The notes: generated by a model not told the origin, from the sequence alone. Counted from the stretch's first letter, positions 18,791 to 28,722 are shown. The stretch: DNA of 64,000 nt from Treponemataceae bacterium (GCA_963667725.2 CAXXHO010000005.1:96001-160000); one strand, 5' to 3'. Program-made: numbers and translations.

Positions 18791-20872
18791 ATGCCGTTGG
18801 CCTACAGCATTCGCAACATCTTTCAGGAAACCAGGGAACTCGGCGTGTCCAGGTCCATTGCGCGGGTGGCGTGGGAGTTCAAAGTCCGATCCGGAGCGCT
18901 CGCTCTCCGTGGCGCTCCTCAGGCCGTGGGGAATTGGAACATCACGCCCGGAGACCTTCCCTTTGGAGATCCGGAAGCTGTAAGGGCATCGATGGTCGGC
19001 CGGGTAGCTCCGGATCGGATCCCCGATCTTCGTGCCAAGGCGATGGCCGCGGTACGAGGCCGCATTCACTGCTTCGGCCGCCGGGAGGCAGATTTCGGAG
19101 ATCCTCCGGATTGGCACGTGCAGCCATTCTCAGGAAAGCACTGGCCGCTCGTGCATTGGTCTCGGGTCTTGCGCCAGGCGGAGATGGCCGATGACGTCAA
19201 ACTCACATGGGAGATCGGCCGGTTCCCGCACGCTTATTACCTTGCCCGGGCCGCGGCCTTCGAACCGGAGTTGGCGCCGCAGTTAGCCGCGAGTCTTTTG
19301 GGTCAGGTCCGGGACTTTCGCGCCGGAAATCCATTCGGTAAGGGTGTGCACTGGACCTCCAGCCAGGAAGTCTCCATCCGGCTGTGGGCCTGGCTCTTCG
19401 CCGCCTCGGCTTTTGCCGCACTGGGCTGCCCCGTCCCCGATCTGGCCCGCGATGTGTTCGAGGGCGCCGTTCACGTTGCACGCCATATGGAATATGCGCA
19501 GCACGCGGTCTACAACAATCACTTGCTTTCGGAAGCTCTGTGTCTCTACATCGCCGGAACGCTTCTTCCCGACGCGCCGGAAGCTTCCCGGTGGCGGGCG
19601 CTCGGATCTTCGATTCTGACCGAGCAGGCGAGGTCCCAAGTCTATCCTGATGGCGGGTATATCCAGAATTCGCACAACTACCATCGTTTCGCGATGCAGG
19701 TCTACCTGCTCGCGAGAATGTTCGCAGTGCAGAGGGGCTCAGTACCCGGCGAATGGCTTGCCGCGATGGAGCGCTCGCTCGATTTTCTCTGGGGGCATCA
19801 GAATCCCGGAGACGGCCGGTTGCCAAACTACGGAGCCAACGATGGCGCGCTCCCGCTCGTTCTGACGACCTGCGATCATGGCGATTTTCGCTCGACCTTG
19901 CAGGCCCTGAGTCTCGCGACTCGTAACGAACGGCTCTACCCACCAGGGCCCTGGGATGAGGAAGCGGCGTGGCTGTTGGGGTCGGAGTGCCTCGAGGCAC
20001 CGCTGAAGCCTGCCGAACGCGTTTCAATATCGTTTTCGCACAGCGGATATCACGTGCTTCGTGGACTTCATGCCGGGACCCTGGCGGCATTCCGTTGCGG
20101 AAACGTCCTCGATCGCTTTTCACAGATTGACATGCTGCACCTGGACGTTTGGTGGCGTGGCCACAACGTCCTGGTTGATCCTGGAACATATTTATACAAC
20201 GGACCGGAGATCTGGCATCGCCACTTCTCCAGGACCGAAAGTCACAACACAGTTCAGGTGGACGGCTGGGACCAGATGCTTCCCTACCGGAAGTTCAAAT
20301 GTCTTCATTGGACGAAAGCCCGGCTTCTACGTTTCCAGGACAGCTCCGATTGGGCAATCTGCGAGGGTGAGCACTATGGCTATCAACGCCATCCCGGGCG
20401 GTGCATTCATCGCCGCACCGTGCTTTTCGTGAAGGACGAGTTTTGGGTCGTGGTGGACCGCGTGACTGGTTTCGGCAACCATCGTATCCGCCTGCACTGG
20501 CTGGGCGGCGACTTCCCCTATCGCCAAGGCCTGGATGGTCAGGCTTCACTTGAGCTGCAAACGCCCGATGGCCCGTTTCATGTCGGCATCTTCGATGCTG
20601 CCGGCCGGCGATTGCAGGGCGATGTTATTGCCGGCCGGAGCGAACCTCCACGCGGGTGGCTTTCCCGATACTATGCCGAGAAGGTGCCAGTTCCTTCGCT
20701 TGCTGTTGAGGTTTCGGAGCGACTGCCGCTGATCTTCGTTTCCATCCTGGGCCCACACATTCCATCCTTCTCTGTCTCGGGATCCCTGTGGTCCGTGGCA
20801 CTGGACGATCGGACCGTCGCCTTCGATCTCTCGCTGGACGGAACCTTTCAGTTCCGGCATCTCACGGCCTAA
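18791..20872 (+). CDS. Heparinase II/III family protein (copy 2, WeeF-like)
   Basis: DVKLTWEIGRF, NNHLLSEA, DGGYIQNS, YGANDGA, VDPGTYLY and HNTVQVDG motifs. Confidence 0.85.
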   Translation: MPLAYSIRNIFQETRELGVSRSIARVAWEFKVRSGALALRGAPQAVGNWNITPGDLPFGDPEAVRASMVGRVAPDRIPDLRAKAMAAVRGRIHCFGRREADFGDPPDWHVQPFSGKHWPLVHWSRVLRQAEMADDVKLTWEIGRFPHAYYLARAAAFEPELAPQLAASLLGQVRDFRAGNPFGKGVHWTSSQEVSIRLWAWLFAASAFAALGCPVPDLARDVFEGAVHVARHMEYAQHAVYNNHLLSEALCLYIAGTLLPDAPEASRWRALGSSILTEQARSQVYPDGGYIQNSHNYHRFAMQVYLLARMFAVQRGSVPGEWLAAMERSLDFLWGHQNPGDGRLPNYGANDGALPLVLTTCDHGDFRSTLQALSLATRNERLYPPGPWDEEAAWLLGSECLEAPLKPAERVSISFSHSGYHVLRGLHAGTLAAFRCGNVLDRFSQIDMLHLDVWWRGHNVLVDPGTYLYNGPEIWHRHFSRTESHNTVQVDGWDQMLPYRKFKCLHWTKARLLRFQDSSDWAICEGEHYGYQRHPGRCIHRRTVLFVKDEFWVVVDRVTGFGNHRIRLHWLGGDFPYRQGLDGQASLELQTPDGPFHVGIFDAAGRRLQGDVIAGRSEPPRGWLSRYYAEKVPVPSLAVEVSERLPLIFVSILGPHIPSFSVSGSLWSVALDDRTVAFDLSLDGTFQFRHLTA

Positions 20873-20878
20873 GCCTCC

Positions 20879-22168
20879 ATGAAAATCTTGATCGTCCATC
20901 AGTACTATCTGATGCCGGGACAGCCAGGCGGATCGCGGTTCAATGAAATGGCGCGGTTTTGGGTTGAACAAGGACACGAGGTTGCAGTCATCGCCGGCAC
21001 GGTCGACTATACCTCCGGTAAGGCGCCAGACACCTATCGGCGGCGCTGGATTGTTCGGGAGAAGGACGGTGCGATTCCCGTTTATCGCTGCCACGTTCCA
21101 TTGACGTATGCCCGTGGCTACGCGGGCCGTATGTGGGCGTTCCTTGGGTTCCTCATGTCGGCGTCCATGGCGGCCCTTCGCGTTCCTCACGCCGATGTCG
21201 TGATCGCAACGTCGCCGCCGCTTGTCGCGGCGATTCCGGGGTGGGTGGCTGCCCGAGTGTCCACGCGTCCGGTTCCCTGGGTTTTCGAGGTTCGCGATCT
21301 TTGGCCTGAGAGCGCAATTACGACCGGAGTCCTATCGGCGGAATCGCCCTTGACGAGGCTCCTCTATGCTCTCGAAAGATGGGCTTGCCGGAGCGCCGCG
21401 AAGATCAACGTGCTTACACCAGCGTTCCGTGCCGATATGGAGAGCCGCGGTCTGGCAGGTTCCGGCAAATTCTGTTTTGTGCCGAACGGAGCAGACCTGG
21501 AGGTGTTTCAGCCTGGGCCGCGAGACAATGAAATGCGTCGGCAACTCGGGTGGGGAGACCGGTTTGTCGTCATGTACGCCGGCGCTCACGGCCGCGCAAA
21601 TGCGCTGATGCAGCTTGTGGACGCGGCGACTATGCTGCGGGACCGGCCCGATATTCTCATTGCCTGCATCGGGGATGGGGCCGAGCGCCAGCGTCTTCAC
21701 CAGGAGGCCGAGCGTCGTGGTCTGGAAAACATTCGTTTTCATGGTCCCAAGCCAAAGGCAGTCATGCCGGACGTCGTCAACGCCTGCGATGTAGGAGCGG
21801 CGGTTCTGCAGAACAATCCTACGTTTCGAACGGTCTACCCGAACAAGGTGTTCGACTACATGTCGTGTGCGCGGCCGGTCCTTCTCGCGATCGACGGTGC
21901 TGCCCGCTCGCTGGTGTGCGACCAGGCGGAAGCCGGCGCCTTCGCTGAGCCCGAAAACCCAAAGGCCATCGCCTCCACCATTCGGATGTTGGCTGACGAT
22001 CCGTCGCGGCGAGCGGAGTTGGCGGCCAATGGACGCCGTTGGGTCCTCGCGAACGCCAGCCGCAAAGCGCTGGCGGCTCGCTACCTGGACATTCTGACCG
22101 AATTGGCCGGTACAGGAAGTCCCTCTGGTCCGCCAGCCTCACTCATCTGTGCTGAAGAACGCAATTGA
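20879..22168 (+). CDS. Glycosyltransferase family 4 (WbuB-like)
   Basis: MKILIVHQYY, ATSPP, FEVRDLWPES, YAGAHGRAN and PNKVFDYM motifs. Confidence 0.9.
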   Translation: MKILIVHQYYLMPGQPGGSRFNEMARFWVEQGHEVAVIAGTVDYTSGKAPDTYRRRWIVREKDGAIPVYRCHVPLTYARGYAGRMWAFLGFLMSASMAALRVPHADVVIATSPPLVAAIPGWVAARVSTRPVPWVFEVRDLWPESAITTGVLSAESPLTRLLYALERWACRSAAKINVLTPAFRADMESRGLAGSGKFCFVPNGADLEVFQPGPRDNEMRRQLGWGDRFVVMYAGAHGRANALMQLVDAATMLRDRPDILIACIGDGAERQRLHQEAERRGLENIRFHGPKPKAVMPDVVNACDVGAAVLQNNPTFRTVYPNKVFDYMSCARPVLLAIDGAARSLVCDQAEAGAFAEPENPKAIASTIRMLADDPSRRAELAANGRRWVLANASRKALAARYLDILTELAGTGSPSGPPASLICAEERN

Positions 22169-22772
22169 CCGGAGCCTTGCCGCGGCCGCGCTCCTGATCT
22201 TGTCGCCAGGCCTGTGTCTCCTCTTCTGGCTCATCCGGCGCCGGATGGGGCGCCCTGCGTTGTTCAGGCAAGTGCGGATCGGCTGCCGGGAGAGACCGTT
22301 TACGCTCTTCAAGCTAAGGACCATGACCGACGCCCGCGATGCCCAAGGAAGGTTGTTGCCCGACGCCCGAAGATTGACACCGCTCGGTCACTTCTTGCGG
22401 AGGACGAGTCTCGATGAGTTGCCTCAGCTCTGGAACGTGCTGCGGGGTGACATGGCTTTGGTTGGGCCGAGACCACTACTTCCCGAATACCTCTCTCGAT
22501 ATGACGCGCGCCAACGCCGGCGTCATGACGTCAAACCAGGGCTTACCGGATGGGCTCAGATCAACGGCCGCAACGCGCTCAGTTGGGAGGAAAAGTTCGA
22601 TCTCGACATCTGGTATGTGGAGCATCGCGGCCTGTGGCTGGATATCAGAATTCTGGGGAAGACGTTTCTCCGAGTGATTCAAAGAGAGGGCATCAGCGAA
22701 TCCGGAACCGCGACCATGTCGGAATTCATGGGCAATGCCGCGAGTTCGGCTACGGCGGGGAATCATGAGTAG
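22149..22772 (+). CDS. Initiating polyprenyl-phosphate sugar phosphotransferase (PglC-like)
   Basis: KLRTMTD, LRRTSLDELPQLWNVLRGDMALVGPRP and KPGLTGWAQINGRN motifs. Confidence 0.92.
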   Translation: MLKNAIDRSLAAAALLILSPGLCLLFWLIRRRMGRPALFRQVRIGCRERPFTLFKLRTMTDARDAQGRLLPDARRLTPLGHFLRRTSLDELPQLWNVLRGDMALVGPRPLLPEYLSRYDARQRRRHDVKPGLTGWAQINGRNALSWEEKFDLDIWYVEHRGLWLDIRILGKTFLRVIQREGISESGTATMSEFMGNAASSATAGNHE

Positions 22773-23391
22773 ACTGCTCATCTGGGGCGCCGGAGGTCAC
22801 GGGAAGGTCGTATTGGATGTCGCCCGCAGCACCGGCCGCTTCGAGCAGATCGTGTTCCTGGACGATGACCCGCCAAAGTCCGGAGGCCTGTTCTGTGGAT
22901 GTGCGGTGATCAGCCGGGCGGAGCCACTGCAGCGGGCAGCCGCAGGGGAGTTTATCGTGGCCGTGGGGGACAATCGCACGCGCGAGCGGTGCTTCAGGCG
23001 TGCGCTGGAACACGGCCTCTCACCCGTCTCCATTGTTCATGCGAGTGCGGTGATTGCGGGTTCCGCCAGGATCGGACTCGGAACTGTCGTCATGCCGGGT
23101 GCGGTTGTCAATGCGGGTGCTGTGATTGGCGATGACTGCATCGTGAACAGCGCAGCCGTGGTCGAACACGACTGCACGATCGGCTCACATGTGCACCTCT
23201 CGCCCCGCGTAGCGCTTGGCGGCGGAGCGTGCGTCGGATCGTTTGCGCATGTCGGTATTGGGGCCGTGGTGCTGCCCCGTGCCGTGATCGGCGAAGAGGC
23301 GATCGTAGGGGCGGCCGCTCTCGTGTTGAAAGAAGTGCCGCCACGGGTGACGGTTGTCGGCGTACCCGCCAAGGCTCTTGTCTGCGCTTAA
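22765..23391 (+). CDS. Sugar N/O-acetyltransferase (PglD/NeuD family)
   Basis: GAGGHGKVV, AVGDN, EHDC, hexapeptide repeats and VGVPAK. Confidence 0.92.
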   Translation: MSRLLIWGAGGHGKVVLDVARSTGRFEQIVFLDDDPPKSGGLFCGCAVISRAEPLQRAAAGEFIVAVGDNRTRERCFRRALEHGLSPVSIVHASAVIAGSARIGLGTVVMPGAVVNAGAVIGDDCIVNSAAVVEHDCTIGSHVHLSPRVALGGGACVGSFAHVGIGAVVLPRAVIGEEAIVGAAALVLKEVPPRVTVVGVPAKALVCA

Positions 23392-23404
23392 CAACTGACC
23401 AACG

Positions 23405-24580
23405 ATGAAACGAATTCTGCTTTCGATCCCCCATATGGGCGGATGCGAACAGGCTTATGTCCGCGAAGCCTTCACGTCGAACTGGTTGTCCACGGTTGGC
23501 CCGAATCTCACGGCCCTCGAACAGGAATTCGAGAATCGCCTCGGTGTGCCTGCGGTTGCGCTCGGGAGCGGCACCGCGGCGATCCATCTAGGCCTGCGCC
23601 TGCTGGGCGTCGGTCCCGGAGACGAGGTCTTCTGCCCTACGCTCACCTTTGCTGCAAGCTGCAATCCCGTACGCTACTTGGGTGCGGAGCCGGTTTTCCT
23701 CGATAGCGATTGTGCCACCTGGAACCTGGACCCTGACGTTCTGGATCAAGCTCTTCGGGACCGCGCCAGCCGCGCCAGGCTGCCGCGCGCTGTCATCGTG
23801 GTCCACCTCTACGGCCAGTGCGCGAATTTAGCCCCGATACTGGCCCTCTGCCGGGAGTATGAGGTGCCGGTTCTAGAGGACGCAGCCGAAGCTCTCGGCG
23901 CGACCTATGGCGGTGAGCCGGCGGGAACGCTCGGCGATGTGGGAGCGTTCTCTCTGAACGGAAACAAGATCATCACAGCCACCGGCGGCGGTATGCTTGT
24001 CGCCCGGAGCCGCGCTTGGATTGACAAGGCGCGCTTCTGGTCCCAGCAGGCCCGCAACGCCGGCCTCGCCTACGAACATTCCGAACTCGGCTACAACTAC
24101 CGGATGAGCAATGTGCTTGCCGGAATTGGCCGCGGGCAAATGGAAGTTCTTGACCGCCGTGTTCGCCAGCGGCGGGCAATCGCATTCCAGTATCGCGACG
24201 CGTTCGCCGATTTGTCCGGAATCGAGCTGATGCCGCAGGCCTTGTACGGTCTGCACACGAATTGGCTGAGTTGCTTCCTGATCGATGAAGAGGGCTTTGG
24301 CGCGACCCGCGACGCTGTGATCCAGGCACTGGACGAGGCGAACGTAGAGTCTCGTCCGGTATGGAAGCCGATGCATCTTCAACCTCTCTATGCAGGAAGC
24401 GAATGCTACGGCGGGGGGGTCGCCGAAGACCTGTTCCGCAGGGGCATCTGCCTTCCCAGTTCGAGCTCCCTCACTGAAGAAGAGCAGCTATACGTCATCA
24501 ATGCAGTGCGCCGGCTGGTTGGCGCAGACGTTCTGGACGAGATCCCGCAGCCGGAGTGCCTGGCCAACGCCGGAGATTGA
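23405..24580 (+). CDS. UDP-4-keto-6-deoxy sugar aminotransferase (PglE-like, DegT family)
   Basis: LSIPHMGG, SGTAAIHL, EDAAEALG, FSLNGNKIIT, GYNYRMSN and SRPVWKPMHLQP motifs. Confidence 0.92.
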   Translation: MKRILLSIPHMGGCEQAYVREAFTSNWLSTVGPNLTALEQEFENRLGVPAVALGSGTAAIHLGLRLLGVGPGDEVFCPTLTFAASCNPVRYLGAEPVFLDSDCATWNLDPDVLDQALRDRASRARLPRAVIVVHLYGQCANLAPILALCREYEVPVLEDAAEALGATYGGEPAGTLGDVGAFSLNGNKIITATGGGMLVARSRAWIDKARFWSQQARNAGLAYEHSELGYNYRMSNVLAGIGRGQMEVLDRRVRQRRAIAFQYRDAFADLSGIELMPQALYGLHTNWLSCFLIDEEGFGATRDAVIQALDEANVESRPVWKPMHLQPLYAGSECYGGGVAEDLFRRGICLPSSSSLTEEEQLYVINAVRRLVGADVLDEIPQPECLANAGD

Positions 24581-24587
24581 AGGGGAC

Positions 24588-26501
24588 ATGCGCACGATTA
24601 GGAATTTCTTCGAGAACCTCAATTCGCTGCACCGCATGATGGTATGGTTGGCGCAGATTGGGGTATTCACACTCTCGGCTGTTCTGGCATTTCTGCTGCG
24701 ATTTGACCTCAATCTGCCGGCGGCGCAACTTTTCCACCTGGCCCATGCAGTTCCGATCTGGGTGGTGGCCAAGAGTGCCGTATTTCGCATTGGCGGCTTG
24801 GATAGAGGTTGGTGGCGTTACGTCTCCGTCAGGGACCTTGCGCGAATCGTAATCGCAAATGCCGCCGGCTCGTTCCTGGGCTGTGTGGCCATCGTAGCGA
24901 TCCTGCCCGCGGGCTTCCCACGATCTGTCTTCCTGCTCGACCTCATCCTCTGCTTTTTAGGCACATCTGGACTTCGCGTGGCGGTTCGCATGATAGCCGA
25001 AGCTACGTCAAGCGGGCGTAGCGGGTGTGCCGGAAAGAATGCGCTGATTTATGGTGCGGGCGATGCCGGCGTGACGCTGCTTCGGGAGATTCAGATGAAT
25101 CCCAAACTGGCGTTCAAAGTTCGTGGATTTCTGGACGACAGGCCGGAAAAGCGGGGAGCGCGTATTCTCGGAGTCCCGGTGCTCGGCGGCGGAACGGCCG
25201 CACGGTCACTGGTGAAGACTTATGCCGTCGACACGATTCTGATTGCCACCCCTTCAGCGACGGGTGCCGAGATGACCCGGATCCTCGAGAGGTGTCACGC
25301 GGCCGGGGCGAAGTGTAAGACTGTCCCGGGTTTGGGCGAAGTGATTGAAGAAGGCGGCCTCGCCGGCCAGATCCGCGAGGTGGCGGTTGAGGACCTTCTC
25401 GGGCGGGAACCGGTGCGCCTCGAGGAACGGCAAATCCGCGAAGCTCTCGAAGGTAAAGTCATCCTGGTGACGGGTGCCGGAGGTTCCATCGGTTCCGAAC
25501 TCTGTCGCCAGATCGCCCGCTTTGAGCCGGCCGGGATCGTGGGTCTCGACGCCGCCGAATCGCCGCTATTCGAAATCGACCGAGAAATGTGCCAGTCGTT
25601 CCCTCAAGTGCCCTTCTATCCGGAAATCGGCAGTGTCCAGAACCGCGCCCGACTGGATGAGGTGCTTAGCCAGCACCAACCGGCCGTTGTCTATCATGCT
25701 GCCGCCTACAAGCATGTGCCTCTGATGGAAACCCATGTGTTTGAGGCGATCGAGAACAACGTCTTCGGGACCTACAATCTGGCGGTTGCCGCCGCCGAGC
25801 ATGGCGTCGAAGACTTCGTCATGATCTCCTCAGACAAAGCCGTCCGCCCCACCAACATCATGGGAGCGACGAAGCGCGTCGCTGAACTGCTGCTACTAGC
25901 TCTTCAGAATGGCCGGACGAAGTACGTTGCCGTGCGCTTTGGCAATGTTCTCGGGTCGAACGGCAGCGTCATTCCCATTTTCAAGAAGCAGATCGCCGCC
26001 GGAGGTCCCGTTACCGTCACCCATCCTGAGATGCGCCGCTTTTTCATGACGATCCCGGAGGCATGCCAACTTGTGTTGCAGGCCGCAGTGATCGGCGAAG
26101 GCGGCCAGATCTGCGTCCTCGATATGGGCAAGCCGGTCAAGATTGTGGACCTGGCTCGAAACCTGATTCTTTTGTCCGGATTGCGCCCGGACGAAGATAT
26201 TGGGATTGAGTTTACCGGCATGCGCCCCGGCGAGAAACTCTACGAAGAACTCAGCACAATGCTCGAAGACACGGTTCCCACCTGCCACGAGAAGGTGCGG
26301 ATCTTTGTGGGCAATGGCATGCCGGAAAGCGATCTGTTGGCCTGGCTCGATTGCCTGCGCGACATCTGCGCCACGCGCGATGTGGGCCGCCTGGTGGTTG
26401 CTCTGAAGGAAGTCGTACTCGATTACAGTCCTAGTACGCATTTGTTGAAGCGAGTCATCGGGCACGGGACTCCGGCTACTCACGTGCTTACCATGCAATG
26501 A
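24588..26501 (+). CDS. Membrane-bound UDP-GlcNAc 4,6-dehydratase (PglF/CapD family)
   Basis: N-terminal TMs, GAGDAG, TGAGGSIGSELCRQI, HAAAYKHVP, SSDKAV, RFGNVLGS and GMRPGEKLYEEL; AGGGG RBS before ATG 24588. Confidence 0.93.
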   Translation: MRTIRNFFENLNSLHRMMVWLAQIGVFTLSAVLAFLLRFDLNLPAAQLFHLAHAVPIWVVAKSAVFRIGGLDRGWWRYVSVRDLARIVIANAAGSFLGCVAIVAILPAGFPRSVFLLDLILCFLGTSGLRVAVRMIAEATSSGRSGCAGKNALIYGAGDAGVTLLREIQMNPKLAFKVRGFLDDRPEKRGARILGVPVLGGGTAARSLVKTYAVDTILIATPSATGAEMTRILERCHAAGAKCKTVPGLGEVIEEGGLAGQIREVAVEDLLGREPVRLEERQIREALEGKVILVTGAGGSIGSELCRQIARFEPAGIVGLDAAESPLFEIDREMCQSFPQVPFYPEIGSVQNRARLDEVLSQHQPAVVYHAAAYKHVPLMETHVFEAIENNVFGTYNLAVAAAEHGVEDFVMISSDKAVRPTNIMGATKRVAELLLLALQNGRTKYVAVRFGNVLGSNGSVIPIFKKQIAAGGPVTVTHPEMRRFFMTIPEACQLVLQAAVIGEGGQICVLDMGKPVKIVDLARNLILLSGLRPDEDIGIEFTGMRPGEKLYEELSTMLEDTVPTCHEKVRIFVGNGMPESDLLAWLDCLRDICATRDVGRLVVALKEVVLDYSPSTHLLKRVIGHGTPATHVLTMQ

Positions 26502-26574
26502 AATGCCGGCTCGTCGACGTTGGTCCTCGCCCATCGAGGTCATGACCCAACGGCGGCGCGATTCGCAAGACCGC

Positions 26575-26865
26575 ATGAAATCGTCTCTGCAAGTTCCACC
26601 CCGACCCGATCCGTCCTGGGGATGCGCCGCACTTCTGGCGGAATACATTGCCGCCGGCAACGACGCTGTCGACCTCAGGCTGCGGAAGGTCGATTCGCCC
26701 GAGAGGACATGCGCCGTGAAGAAACAGTCGGAGGCGCGGGCGCGTCTGCTGCGGTACTGCTCTGATCACGGGTGCAATGCGGCCTGCCCGAACCGGATTT
26801 CCGGCTGTACTTGCCAGGAGCAGGCAGTGACTGTACCCAACCGTTCCCGGCGGCGTCTCCCGTAA
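26575..26865 (+). CDS. Small Cys-rich hypothetical protein
   Basis: Helical pattern ending ARARLLRYCSDHGC; start uncertain (26503, 26542 or 26575). Confidence 0.35.
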   Translation: MKSSLQVPPRPDPSWGCAALLAEYIAAGNDAVDLRLRKVDSPERTCAVKKQSEARARLLRYCSDHGCNAACPNRISGCTCQEQAVTVPNRSRRRLP

Positions 26866-26913
26866 TGGCGGCGACGCCCGACAGGGAGCGACACACCACT
26901 GTGGGAGCGATTG

Positions 26914-27333
26914 TCAGGTGTGAAACGGGTCCTCGATCCGCACGCCGGCAATGGTTTGGCCGGGATTCAGGTCCTCGGAGAGAATCCGCGCTGCGCCGGC
27001 TCTGCGCGCCGCGGCAACGATCATCGCGTCCCAGAAGCTGATACTCGCTTCGTCCTCGATGCGGAAAGCGGCTGAGATATCGGCCGGTGACGTGTCGATG
27101 CACCACACGGCGTAGCTGTCGACGATCGCCCTGGCCGCTGGTTTCGAAAGGGGCGTAGCGATTTTGCGGGTCACGTTCCCATAGAATTCCTGCAGAACCT
27201 GGATGCTGAGGACCCCGCAGCGCTGAGCCCAAAGGTCGCGGAGGATGTCCCGGGCAGCCTCTCGCTTCCCGCCCGCATCGGAATCATGGGCGTAGATCAG
27301 GACGTTCGTGTCGACGAATGCCTTATCGCTCAT
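26914..27333 (-). CDS. PIN-domain (VapC-like) toxin
   Basis: FVDTNVLIYAHD, QVLQEFY, SFWDAMIVAAA and ILSEDL motifs. Confidence 0.9.
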   Translation of the reverse strand: MSDKAFVDTNVLIYAHDSDAGGKREAARDILRDLWAQRCGVLSIQVLQEFYGNVTRKIATPLSKPAARAIVDSYAVWCIDTSPADISAAFRIEDEASISFWDAMIVAAARRAGAARILSEDLNPGQTIAGVRIEDPFHT

Positions 27334-27540
27334 GCCACTCGTCCCGGCTGGCGGTGATGCGCCCTCCCAGAGGGTATCCCCGATCGAGCAGGGCCAGGGC
27401 GGAGCGCTCCGCGCACTCCCAGCGCTCTTCGGCGCCAACCAATCGCTCGATCTGTTCGGCCAGCAGACCGCTGATCGAAGTGGATCGACGGGCGGCGAGC
27501 ATCCGGAAATATCGGCGCGTTTTGGCTGAATGTGATTCCG
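27323..27540 (-). pseudogene. CopG/RHH-like antitoxin of the PIN module, 5' end apparently disrupted
   Basis: MLAARRSTSISGLLAEQIERLV...SRDEWHER overlaps the PIN start; a plausible beta-strand segment (ITFS) lies in a different frame upstream. Confidence 0.55.
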
Positions 27541-27710
27541 CCGCGGCGTACCACGGCGGCACAGAGCAAGCGGTGGGTACATCGGACGGGCGTAACGCAG
27601 GTTGGATATGACAAGTTTGCGGATAAAGTCCGGCTTGCGCTGGAGGGCCAGCCGGAGTCCAGGCCACGAGTAGCCGGTGTACCTGAACCGGCTGGCCTAT
27701 GGGGATGTAT

Positions 27711-28076
27711 CTAGGAAGTTGGCGACCCGAGATCGAGGACGATTCTCAGCGCTTCATTCGTCTTGAGTAAGGTTTCCGCTTTCACTTCGCCGTAGACCTT
27801 GCCCAGGCGAGATTCGTCGACGGTTCGGAGTTGGTGACAGGCGGCGTAACTGTCTTTTGGGAGGCCGGCCTCCCCTTTTTTGATCAATACGTAGGTGGGA
27901 CCTGGTTTTTTGACGTTCTCGCTGCCCGTGATCGGCGCGACAATCGTGACCTGCGAATGCCGGTTCAGCAAATCACTTTGCACAACGAGGCAGGGCCGGG
28001 TCTTCATGTATTCCCGGCCTTTACTGGGGTCCAGATTTACGTCGATGACAAAACCCCGCTTACAGTCGCTTTGCAT
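27711..28076 (-). CDS. MazF/PemK family endoribonuclease toxin
   Basis: KRG..IDVNLDPSKGRE..KTRPCLVVQSD, VAPIT, GLPKDS and QLRTVDESRL motifs. Confidence 0.92.
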   Translation of the reverse strand: MQSDCKRGFVIDVNLDPSKGREYMKTRPCLVVQSDLLNRHSQVTIVAPITGSENVKKPGPTYVLIKKGEAGLPKDSYAACHQLRTVDESRLGKVYGEVKAETLLKTNEALRIVLDLGSPTS

Positions 28077-28378
28077 CAGAACTCAGGCGCCTCTGCGTCC
28101 ACGTGGCGGAAATCTTCCACGAGTCGCCGGTCCAACTCCGCGTTAGCGGCGAAGCTGTCCGCAATCTCGCGTTCGAGTTTGGCGCGGTTTCGCCTTTGCA
28201 GGAACTCCTCCACAGCCGATCGGATCAGGTGACTCCGATTGATCGACAACTCGCGTGCGGCCCGATCTGTCGCATCGAACAAAGGCGCGGGAAAATCAGC
28301 AACCACTTTCCGAGTGGAGGGCCGGCGGATTGCGGTGGCAGGCACGCTGTGTCTCCTCTTCCTGGCAGCACCCATCAT
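28076..28378 (-). CDS. Ribbon-helix-helix (CopG/NdoAI-like) antitoxin
   Basis: DRAARELSINRSHLIRSAVEEFL; stop overlaps the toxin start; GAGGGG upstream on the minus strand. Confidence 0.85.
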   Translation of the reverse strand: MMGAARKRRHSVPATAIRRPSTRKVVADFPAPLFDATDRAARELSINRSHLIRSAVEEFLQRRNRAKLEREIADSFAANAELDRRLVEDFRHVDAEAPEF

Positions 28379-28722
28379 ATATCCCCTCATATTCTAGTGT
28401 AAACCATTCTCCCTTATCTTCTATATGCCACCAAAGCATAGAAAACTCATTAGCAGTATGGCTTTACGCTATGTAACCTATTGAAAGGACAGTTCCATGA
28501 TCTGCTCTGGAGCGTCCTGCGTGGCTCGATCGAATATCTGGTTCTGCCGTGGTTCATGCCGGCTCCGGACTACGGGCAAGTTCGTCCGCGCGAGTTTGGC
28601 GTATCTCAGCCGTCGGGAGAAACGGCCACTTGGGCTCCGGCTGGCCGCGGCTCAGTTCAAGGATGAGCAGACGCCCCTTGTGTTTGGGCAGTGCAGAGGA
28701 ACCCGACGTGCTTATCTGAAAC

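Noticed and set aside
28481..28720. Short ORFs upstream of the dehydrogenase
   Set aside because: No motif or convincing RBS; cannot be supported
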